A DNA stretch of 8,219 bases from Octopus sinensis (Eukaryota), in the NCBI RefSeq assembly GCF_006345805.1, contig NW_021828500.1, positions 1 through 8,219 on the forward strand. Direction: 5' to 3'. Of this stretch, positions 1 to 7,699 are shown piece after piece (position 1 is the first letter of the stretch; each line of letters starts with the position of its first letter). The notes under the pieces were generated by a model. It was not told the DNA's origin. It worked only from the letters and a program-made list of their open reading frames with translations, and did not search any database. The position numbers and the translations under genes are program-made.

Positions 1-60
1 AAATTGATGTAATGTTAGCATTGTTCAATTAATGGAGTCGCACGAAACGATCGTACTGCA
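1..60 (+). ncRNA. Possible 3' half of a type I hammerhead ribozyme motif, truncated by the window edge
   Basis: GAA (44-46) followed by the perfect palindrome ACGATCGT (47-54) and A55, the same layout as the 4958-5021 motif. It is preceded by a hairpin AATTGA/TCAATT (2-7/25-30) enclosing AATG/CATT (11-14/19-22). The CTGANGA core is not in the window. Confidence 0.3.
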
Positions 61-91
61 TTACCTCTGGATATCCTTGTTGCTTATTTTG

Positions 92-180
92 ATATATATG
101 TGTGTATATATATATATGTGTGTATATATATATATATTATATATATATATATATGTATATGTATGTATATATATATATAC
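92..180. repeat. Compound (TA)n/(TG)n microsatellite
   Basis: Direct reading of tandem TA, TG and TATG units. Confidence 0.95.
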
Positions 181-181
181 A

Positions 182-365
182 CTTTTACTTGTTTCATCCA
201 CCCGACTGCGGCCATGCTGGAGCACCGCCTTTAGTCAAACAAATCGACCCTATTCTTTGTAAGCCTAGTACTTATTCAATGGGTCTCTTTGCTGGTGGAC
301 TGCTACGTTACGGGGACATAAACACACCAGCATTGGTTGTCTAGCGATGTTGGGGGAAAAACCAC
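182..365 (-). mobile_element. SINE 3' module (copy 1), starting from an internal (TG)n microsatellite
   Basis: Homologous to 5361-5550, with exact shared blocks TATTCTTTGTAAGCCTAGTA (251-270 = 5448-5467) and GGGACATAAACACACCAGCAT (313-333 = 5508-5528) and a shared end CTTTTACTTGTTTCA. Orientation and SINE identity rest on resemblance to Octopus-type SINE 3' regions (recognition, not a search). Confidence 0.7.
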
Positions 366-367
366 GG

Positions 368-473
368 ACACACAAACACAAACACAAACACACACCACAC
401 ACACACACACAGACACACACACACACATACACACACACACACACACATATATATATACATACATACATACATA
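368..473. repeat. Compound (CAAA/CA)n-(TA)n-(CATA)n microsatellite
   Basis: Direct reading. Confidence 0.95.
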
Positions 474-480
474 GTCGATT

Positions 481-740
481 CAAATAAACAAATAATTGAA
501 ATCAACGAATAAAGCTGGACAACAGGAGGACTTGCACAAGAAATGTATTAGCTTGCTGGTCGTTGAAGGGTGAAAGTTTGACGTTTCAAGGATAATTCTT
601 CGTTGGAAATGACAAAGAGAAAAGTTCAAAGTAGGAACAGAAATCACTAACGGCAACATTGCTGAAGTGATTGGAATTAGAAAGAGATACAGAAAGTAGC
701 TTTTCGGGAGAGAAAAGTATGAAGATTGGCAGCATGTGTA
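481..740 (-). mobile_element. Probable PLE-type 3' end/pseudo-LTR fragment with a decayed hammerhead motif
   Basis: Minus strand 606->580 reads CCAACGA-AGAATTATCCTT-GAAACGTC, i.e. a CTGACGA...GAAACGTC motif with two core substitutions. It lies in a pyrimidine-rich context (minus strand) that ends at a microsatellite. Confidence 0.45.
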
Positions 741-821
741 TGTGGGTGTGCGTTTATGTGTGATAGTATCTGTGTCCATGTCTGTTGTTGTTTGTGTGAG
801 TAGTATGTGTGTGTAGTATGT

Positions 822-847
822 TATATATATATATATATATATATATA
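822..847. repeat. (TA)n microsatellite, preceded by a degenerate (GT)-rich tract from about 743
   Basis: Direct reading. Confidence 0.95.
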
Positions 848-1324
848 ATGCAAATAAGAAAATGGAGAAACAATTTAGTTGGTTCATAAGCTTTCGGATA
901 TTAGAATGTTGACTTTTTTTTATTTATTTAACAAAAACGAGAACCTTAATAACATACATATATACATTATAATTCAATACATATAAGATAAGAATACAAT
1001 TATAAAAATCTTAATATAAATTATTGAAATCATTAAAATCATTCTTACAGCTGTTTCAGCCTATGGAAAAAAGTACTTTTTCAGTGCCTGTAGTTGTCAA
1101 TTATATTGAGGTTGAACCAACTAAGTTGTTTCTCCATTTTCTTATTTGTATTAGAAATTAATGGTAAAATATTTCTTTACCTTCAACCATTTAATACAAT
1201 AAGTAAGTTAATTGCATTGCAATTAAAAACTCTTGTGTATTAATAATTTGGGTATTATACCAACAGTATATTGGATAAATATTATCCCTTAGTGGGTTGG
1301 TTCCACAAACCTTAAATTGCTTGG

Positions 1325-1326
1325 TG

Positions 1327-1357
<31 letters not shown>

Positions 1358-1378
1358 TTGTATGCTTGTGTGTGTGTG
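1325..1378. repeat. (TA)n/(TG)n microsatellite
   Basis: Direct reading. Confidence 0.9.
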
Positions 1379-1712
1379 AAGGTGCATGGCTCAGTGGTTA
1401 GAGTGTTGAGCTTACGATCGTGAGATTGTGAGTTCGAATCCCAGACCGAGATACGTGTTGTATTTTTGAGCAAGACACTTTAATTCACGTTACTCCAGTT
1501 CACTCAGCTGTAGAAATGAGTTGCGACGTCACAGGTGCCAAGCTGTATCGGCCTTTGCCTTTCCCTTGGATAACACTGGTAACGTGGAGAGGGGAAGCCG
1601 GTATGCATGGGCGACTGCTGGTCTTCAATAAACAACCCTGCCAGACTTGTGCCCGGGAGGGCTGCTTTCTAGGTGCAATCCCATGGTCTATGTCATGACC
1701 GAAGGGGGTCCC

Positions 1713-1714
<2 letters not shown>
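1376..1714 (+). mobile_element. tRNA-derived SINE (SINE-A) with a CORE-like central block
   Basis: Pol III A box TGGCTCAGTGG (1387-1397) and B box GAGTTCGAATCCC (1430-1442), followed by TTGAGCAAGACACTTTA...CTCAGCTGTAGAAATGAG, reminiscent of CORE-type SINE domains. The head is shared with 5650-5963. Both sides are microsatellite. Confidence 0.85.
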
Positions 1715-1748
<34 letters not shown>

Positions 1749-1832
1749 CTGTGTGTGTATGTATATATATATATGTGTGTGTGTGTGTATGGGTGTCTGT
1801 GTGTGCGTGTGTGTGTGTAACTGTGTATGTAG
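1715..1832. repeat. Compound (TA)n/(TG)n microsatellite
   Basis: Direct reading. Confidence 0.95.
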
Positions 1833-1918
1833 GTAACTGTGTGTCTCTCTCTGTAGTTGTGTTTGAACCCACTGGTTGACAACTTGTGTTGTTTACCTCC
1901 TTGTTACTGTGTTGTCAG
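1833..1918 (+). repeat. Direct repeat X, copy 1
   Basis: Gap-free manual alignment to 3306-3391 with 11 mismatches in 86 nt (about 87%). Confidence 0.9.
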
Positions 1919-2174
1919 ACACTAGAAACGACCGAAGATGTGTATTGATCGGAATGAGTAATAAATCAGTGTGGGCTCGCAAAATCAAAAGCAACAAGCA
2001 AACATCAGAATACATAGCAAATTTGTATGGGCAAACCCCTCTCCGGAAACCGTAAAACGAAAAGCATAAACCACTATGCATTGGAATACCCACCAAATCA
2101 GTGTGGGAAAACTAAAACAAAAAGTAAAAAGTGTCACAAAAATAAAAAAAAACTATCATCAGCATTAGTAACAA

Positions 2175-2244
2175 ATATAATTGATAACGAACTTAATAAA
2201 ATAAAAGCAAGAAAGCAAAACTGAAACAAAAAATAAACAAAGGC
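2175..2244 (+). repeat. Inverted repeat Y, left arm
   Basis: 2175-2220 is the reverse complement of 3417-3462 (45/46 identical), and 2234-2244 (TAAACAAAGGC) is the reverse complement of 3391-3401. Confidence 0.9.
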
Positions 2245-2834
2245 AGGACAAACGAAATCAGACTGGGCAAAAAAAAACACGCATACGCAAATAAAAAGGG
2301 CAAAACAAACAAAATATAAATAAACAGAAAGTTACCAATTTTCAGAATGAGCAACACACCTGCATAGGAGAAAACCAATGAAAAACAATAAAAAGCTAAA
2401 ACAAGAAAACAAACAAAAAATAAAACGCTAACAATGAGAAACAAATTAGAGTAGAAAAAATGCGCAAAGTAAAAGAAAACAAAAAAATCAGCACAATATA
2501 AAAAAAATCAAAAAAGAAAGAGACTTCACAGCATGAGCAAAAATAACAAAATCCAAGGCAGTAAATAAAAACACTGACCATCATGTGCAATCGATCAAAG
2601 TAGAGTCGGTTTTCTTCCTAACACATTGCTGAACAGTTTTTAAAACATATTTTTTCTCATTCGGACGTTCACCCTTGCTGTCGATTCCTGAACAATTTCA
2701 AATGACTGATGTCTTTCCATATCTATATGCATTTCCATTTTAAATATATGCTTAGAGATAGCAAGAAAGTTGCAACTCTCTTTCCCTGCATATATAAGTA
2801 TAAATATAAATATAAATATATTGTAGTGTTGTTT

Positions 2835-2900
2835 GTATGTATGTATGTATGTATGTATGTATGTATGTATGTATGTATGCATGTATGTATGTTTGTATGT
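2835..2900. repeat. (GTAT)n microsatellite, the probable (CATA)n 3' tail of the minus-strand SINE-B; a short (TATAAA)n array lies at about 2793-2820
   Basis: Direct reading; it abuts the SINE 3' end at 2901. Confidence 0.9.
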
Positions 2901-3284
2901 GGAAGCACTCCGTCGGTTACGACGATGAGGGTTCCGGTTGATCCGATCAACGGAACAACCTGCTCATGAAATTAACGTGTAAGTGGCTGAGCACTCCACA
3001 GACACGTGTACCCTTAACGTAGTTCTCGGGGATATATTCAGCGTGACACAGAGAGTAACAAGGCCGGCCCTTTGAAATACAGGTACAACAGAAACAGGAA
3101 GTAAGAGTGAGAGAAAGTTGTGGTGAAAGAGTACAGCAGGGATCACCACAATCCCTGCCGGAGCCTCGTGGAGCTTTAGATGTTTTCGCTCAATAAACAC
3201 TCACAACGCCCGGTCTGGGTATCGAAACCGCGATCCTACGACCGCGAGTCCGCTGCCCTAACCACTAGGCCATTGTGCCTCCAC
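2901..3284 (-). mobile_element. tRNA-derived SINE (SINE-B)
   Basis: Minus strand starts GTGGAGGCACAA-TGGCCTAGTGG (A box, 3272-3262) and has the B-box-like GGTTTCGATACC (3229-3218). Its 3' about 180 nt (2906-3089) are homologous to 5653-5830. Confidence 0.85.
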
Positions 3285-3305
3285 ATGTATGTATGTATGA
3301 TATGC

Positions 3306-3391
3306 GTAACTGTGTGTCTGTCCTTGTAGTTGTGCTCGATCCTACTGGTTGACAACCTGTGTTGTTTACCTACTTGTTTCTCTGTTGTCAG
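3306..3391 (+). repeat. Direct repeat X, copy 2
   Basis: About 87% identical to 1833-1918, with no gaps. Confidence 0.9.
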
Positions 3392-3462
3392 CCTTTGTTT
3401 AGTTTTCGTTTATTTTTTTTGCTTTCTTGCTTTCATTTTATTAAGTTCGTTATCAATTATAT
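3391..3462 (-). repeat. Inverted repeat Y, right arm
   Basis: Reverse complement of 2175-2244. The ORF track also shows it, as IIDNELNK(I/M)KARKQ on opposite strands. Confidence 0.9.
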
Positions 3463-4510
3463 AAATATATTGTAGCGTAGTGTTGGTTAATGAGTTCAGC
3501 GGCGTAGTGTAAGTGTGCATGAGGTAGGAGTTGAAGAGACAGTGGGAATGTAAGAAATGGGTGGTCAGTGCGTCAGTGTGTATGAAGGAGGATCTTAAGT
3601 GAAAAATTGGTAGAGAATTCATACCGTGAAGAAGTTAAGTATGGAGAAAAAATCATTCCTGCTCCTGATGGAGACGGGAAACCAGTTGGCATCGGTTCAA
3701 GGTCAATCTGAACACAGACATATAATGCAGGGATTGACCTGTTGACTAGAAATGGAATCACCGAGTCCGACGTCTCGAAGGTATTGGTGAAAACTGTCAG
3801 CCAGACGACCAGCTTACCCAGTGTATAGCGTGTGGAAAAGAGAACAGTCGGTGACGTAGTAGGAGCTGTTATGAGTGCCGGTAAAGACAGTGGTGTTAGA
3901 GAAGAAAGGGGCAGATGCCGCAGTATCGGCACCGAAAGAGAAGAAAATAAGTTCGTAGATTCTGGAAGAAATGACTTGTTGCGTCTGAACGATAGAAGGT
4001 GTCTTAAATTTGGTGGAAAGCCTCAACTCTGTAGAAACCTGCACGCCACACAACCACAGATCCACCGATATCAGCCCGTTGACGACGACGTTCCCACGGC
4101 GTTCGAGGCAACGGATATGGCTGAAAGTTCAGGTCAGGCGAAGCTGAGTTGTGGGATGCACCTACAGAAGTTGAAGCGGTCTCGGGAAGTAACGCAAACT
4201 GATCAACTGTTGTCCAGGAACTGTCCGGGACGAAGCATCTATTGGGATGAACGGCGGTTCGGGCTAGTGAAGAGGTCTTGTTTGTGAGATGTAGGCGGTG
4301 CATCAGGAAAGAGAGCATGCAGCCTGATATGGCGCAACAGATGTTGGATATTAGCTCGGGTCCGAAACTCATTGCACGACAAAGAAAGTGATATGAAAAG
4401 GAGTTTCCTACTTAGGAGACAGGACTCCGGTTCAGAAACAAAAAGATCAAGATGTGGTATGTGTAAGATGAGGTTGTGATGAAAGGACAATAACACTTGA
4501 AAATATATGT
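3463..4510 (-). mobile_element. Decayed Penelope-like retroelement fragment (RT thumb/linker remnant, GIY-YIG endonuclease and 3' UTR)
   Basis: Manual minus-strand translation across frames gives, in the expected order: LLSFRRNK (about 3990), CRYCGICPF (3931-3905), CSLFHTLYTG*AGRLADSFHQYLRDV (core 3825-3769; cf. PLE CxxCxxxYIGETGRxLxxRFxEH), HF*STGQSL (from 3754) and RLHQEQE*FFLHT*LLHGMN (to about 3617; cf. RxxxExxxIxxLxTxxPxGLN). It has many stops and frameshifts. The upstream RT-thumb assignment (about 4250-4500) is weaker. Confidence 0.75.
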
Positions 4511-4564
4511 TCACACCAAAAAGCGAGACAGAGAAATCAATACACGCATATACAAGTAGGTACC

Positions 4565-4613
<49 letters not shown>

Positions 4614-4780
4614 TATATATATTATATATATATATATATATATATTTATATAATATTTATATATATATGTGTGTGTATGTATGTATGAATCTGTGTGTGT
4701 GTCTCTCTCTCTCTTCTCGCTCCTCTCTATATATATATATATATACTATATATATATATATATATATATTACGTTATATA
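4565..4780. repeat. Long compound (TA)n/(TG)n/(CT)n microsatellite
   Basis: Direct reading. Confidence 0.95.
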
Positions 4781-5208
4781 ATTAGGGTTCAGTAAAATAA
4801 TTACTTTACACATACTGAACTTTTAGAAATAACAGCCAAAAAATCTTAGCTATTTCTCCTATTATAAGAAAAATCTCTCAGACAATGTATACTCAAAAAT
4901 AATTCACGCAGGTATGGAGGGAAAAAATAACAAAAGATCACATGTACATTAAGATTACTTGAGAACGTACGTTTCTAGATTAATTGAATTTAAAGATCAA
5001 CATTTCCTTCGTCAGCTCAAAGGTTTCTTAGATTTGGATTTGAGAGCACTAAAATCGAACATACCCGTCTGATATGAGTAATCCCAGACAAACCATCTTC
5101 GACCGCCAGTACCAACGAATTCAAAAAGTACGAATGAGGCTTTGCATTCATCCTGCTTCCACCACGTGAGTTATAGAGTAACACATTCCTACAGAGATAT
5201 TTTGATAA
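4781..5208 (-). mobile_element. About 430-bp hammerhead-containing unit between two (TA)n tracts (PLE pseudo-LTR or retrozyme-like non-autonomous element)
   Basis: A non-repetitive block bounded by (TA)n on both sides that carries an intact hammerhead core. No recognisable ORF. Element class is inferred. Confidence 0.45.
4958..5021 (-). ncRNA. Type I hammerhead ribozyme candidate (minimal PLE/retrozyme type)
   Basis: Minus strand reads TTTGAG-CTGACGA-AGGAAATGTTGATCTTTAAATTCAATTAATCTA-GAA-ACGTACGT-T-CTCAAG. Stem I TTTGAG/CTCAAG has 5 Watson-Crick pairs plus 1 G-U; the cores CUGACGA and GAAA are intact; stem II is interrupted (GGA/UCU at the base, GUUGA/UCAAU above); stem III is the palindrome ACGUACGU; the predicted cleavage triplet is GUU (cut between 4964 and 4963). 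Confidence 0.7.
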
Positions 5209-5216
5209 TATATATA

Positions 5217-5291
<75 letters not shown>

Positions 5292-5330
5292 TGTATGTAT
5301 GTATGTATGTATGTATGTATGAGTGTGTGT
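5209..5330. repeat. (TA)n followed by (GTAT)n microsatellite
   Basis: Direct reading. Confidence 0.95.
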
Positions 5331-5340
5331 GTAGGTTATA

Positions 5341-5550
5341 TATTCTTTTATTCTCTTATTCTTTTACTTGTTTCAGTCAATTGACTGCAGCCATGCTGGA
5401 GCGCCAGATTAAAGGGTTTTCTATTTGAAGAAATCTAGCCCAGAACTTATTCTTTGTAAGCCTAGTAGTTATTCTATCAGTCTATTTTGCAGAACCGCTA
5501 ACTTACAGGGACATAAACACACCAGCATCGGTTGTGAAGCGAAGGCCGGG
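5341..5550 (-). mobile_element. SINE 3' module (copy 2) with a short AAGAAT-type tandem tail
   Basis: Homologous to 182-365 (20- and 21-bp exact blocks). 5341-5360 consists of short TTCTTTTA/TTCTCTTA-like units. Confidence 0.7.
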
Positions 5551-5555
5551 TGACA

Positions 5556-5564
5556 AACAAACAC

Positions 5565-5632
<68 letters not shown>

Positions 5633-5645
5633 ACATACATACATA
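5556..5645. repeat. (CA)n microsatellite
   Basis: Direct reading. Confidence 0.95.
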
Positions 5646-5649
5646 TGAC

Positions 5650-5963
5650 TGTCACTCCGTTGGTTACGACGACGTAAGTTCCAGTTGACCCGATCGACAG
5701 AACAGCCTGCATGTGGATTTAGCGTGCAAGATGGCTGAGCACTCCACAGACATTCTTAACGTAATCCTCAAGGAGATTCAGCGCGACTAAGATTTTGACA
5801 ACAGTGTTTTTTTGAAATACAGGCTACAACTCATTTTTCCAGTGGAATGATGCAGCGTAAAATAAAGTGTCTTGCTCAACGACTCAACGCGTCCCCGTAC
5901 ATCGAACTCACGAGATTACGATTGTGAGTAGAATACCGTAACGATTTGGCTACATGCCTTCAC
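5650..5963 (-). mobile_element. Diverged tRNA-derived SINE (SINE-C)
   Basis: Minus strand starts GTGAAGGC, with a degenerate A box (TAGCCAAATCG, 5952-5942) and B box GAGTTCGATG (5909-5900). TTGAGCAAGACACTTTA (5879-5863) is identical to 1466-1482, and the tail 5653-5830 is homologous to 2906-3089. Confidence 0.8.
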
Positions 5964-6300
5964 GCTCACACACACACACATACACTTACCCACACATATA
6001 TGTACACACACACACATGCAAACATGTACACTGACGCACACAGTATAGCCGCATGTTTACACGCAGCACGGGCATGCAACATCACATAATGTTGTATCAC
6101 ATACATGATGTTAAACTGTCACTTTAAATACAATATTCGGCTTAATATGTATAAACCGATTTCGTAAGAAACAGACAACGTCATATGCCATGGCATGAAG
6201 CAGATAAATACGCATGCGCACATAGAATTACACACATGACCTACAAACACACACACACACAAACACACACATGCGTGCGCACACTCTCACGGACAAACAT
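5964..6300. repeat. Degenerate (CA)-rich simple-repeat region
   Basis: CA/CATA-rich tracts at about 5964-6070 and 6232-6300, separated by less repetitive sequence. Confidence 0.7.
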
Positions 6301-6386
6301 ACGCATACTTATGCAGAAAAACTCAATTACCATGACTCGTATCTTTACCCTATATCTGCACAGATGTATATATGTACGTATAAGTA

Positions 6387-6606
6387 CACTGTCGAAAATA
6401 AATTTAAGACCGATGATAAAAGTTCTATTTCTTAGAAAATATTTTGTTACTAACACCATACAAATTATTTTTATCTTTTACACATTATGCAGAATTTGTT
6501 TCTATTTCGAATGACGCAGACAATAACTATTTTTATACAACTTGAAAAATTCTAATGGTAAATTAATATAAACGTTTCAAAATTACCGTCAAAATTAGTT
6601 TAAGAC
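6387..6606 (+). repeat. Left terminal inverted repeat (220 bp, IR/DR type)
   Basis: Gap-free manual alignment to the reverse complement of 7806-8025 with 21 mismatches (about 90%). Confidence 0.95.
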
Positions 6607-6674
6607 CGTATCATTATAATTATATTTAAAGCTTAAGATTTAAGCAAAAATGAGCAACAAGACCGAAATACATA

Positions 6675-7699
6675 TTAGTACTTTGTGCCGTAGCCTTTAT
6701 TCTTAATAACGGCTGAACAAAACCTCGGCATTGAATTCGCTAAGTGATTACAACATTCTATGGGAATGTTTTGCCATATTTCATTGATATAATCAAATAT
6801 TTCATATTAGATGGATTTTTAGAATGGACTTTTTGGAAACATAATTCCACAAGTTCTCGATTGGATTCAGGTCAGGGCTCTGGGGAGGCCATTCGATTAC
6901 GTCAATATTATGGTGATCAAAAAATTCCATAACTTTTTGGCTTTGTGCACCGGACTATTGTCCTGCTGATAAACAGCGCCCGGATGCATTTGGTGAGTCA
7001 AATATAGCACAACATTATCCTTTAGTAGATTCATATAACCTACACTATTTAGCTTTCCATCAACTTTAACTAGAGGACCAACACCAAAGCTACTAAATGC
7101 CGTCCACACCATTACATCACCACCCCCTGCTTGCGCCGTCTTTTTCACGCATTTCGGATGGAATTCCTCGGTTGGGCGACGTCTGACATATGTTTTACTA
7201 TCTGATCCAAATATACATAGGCGTGACTCGTCACTCCAAAGGACCCTGCACCAATCTTCGACAGTCCATTGAGCTTGGCATAGCTTTTTTCGAAATTAAG
7301 GCGTTTTAGTCGATTTCTTTCGGATATTATTGGCTTTTTCCTAGCGATTCGTCCATATAGTCCAAATTCTCTCAAACGGTTGCAGACGTTTTGTGGTGTA
7401 AATATAACACCATTCTCGTTGGACAATTGTTTACAAATGTCAACGGCCGTCAGCATTCGGTTGCTTTCGAAAGTCGGTGGATTCGACACGGTCCAACTGC
7501 GCCATCGTTTTTTTTGGGGCGCCAGTCTTTTGCCGATCTTATATTGACCAGTCTCCGAGTATAACTTCCACGCTTCCATGCAAGCCGTTTTACTTTGCAC
7601 TTTAGTTGCTTGCTGATCTTCGAAAAGGAAACTTTTTGCTGGTGGTGTTATACAATTTTTGTTCTCGTGACTGGACTGATGTTTCGGTTGTTTTCCCAT
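6675..7699 (-). pseudogene. Tc1-like transposase, frameshifted
   Basis: ATG at 7699 and TAA at 6677-6675. Reconstructed motifs: TGAPKKT (GRPR-like), ARKKP, WTVEDWCRVLWSDES (D 7232-7230), GGGDVMVW, YQQDNSPVH (D 6962-6960), WPPQSPDLNPIENLW (E 6858-6856) and C-terminal SMPRFCSAVIKNKGYGTKY*. D-to-E spacing is 34 after restoring one A near 6935. About 9-10 frameshifts and one in-frame TAA near the N-terminus. Confidence 0.93.

Noticed and set aside
32-887. ORFs rich in YI/CV/HT dipeptides (also 1673-1882, 2640-2969, 4568-4795, 5142-5384, 5503-5712, 6185-6514)
   Set aside because: They are translations of microsatellites that lack stop codons; no protein-like content.
1068-1081. 14-bp palindrome AAAAAGTACTTTTT
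   Set aside because: Mostly homopolymer arms, expected by chance in AT-rich sequence.
1039-1110. Possible splice acceptor (TTCTTACAG at 1042-1050) followed by a short open frame (AVSAYGKKYFFSACSCQLY*)
   Set aside because: No recognisable homology or partner exon; such signals are common in AT-rich DNA. RNA-seq would be needed.
1381-1445. tRNA gene-like sequences (also 3215-3280)
   Set aside because: A and B boxes are present but no complete cloverleaf or acceptor stem, and they continue into SINE bodies; called as SINE heads.
2156-2162. CTGATGA on the minus strand (hammerhead core half)
   Set aside because: No downstream GAAA or stem II/III at suitable spacing.
2193-2590. Hydrophobic F/L/V-rich minus-strand ORFs resembling membrane proteins
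   Set aside because: An artefact of the T-rich strand of the A-skewed tract.
3832-4287. 151-aa plus-strand ORF
   Set aside because: Starts at GTG, shows no recognisable motif and is antisense to the PLE remnant.
6185-6196. 12-bp palindrome ATGCCATGGCAT
   Set aside because: One or two such palindromes are expected by chance in 8 kb, and there is no supporting context.
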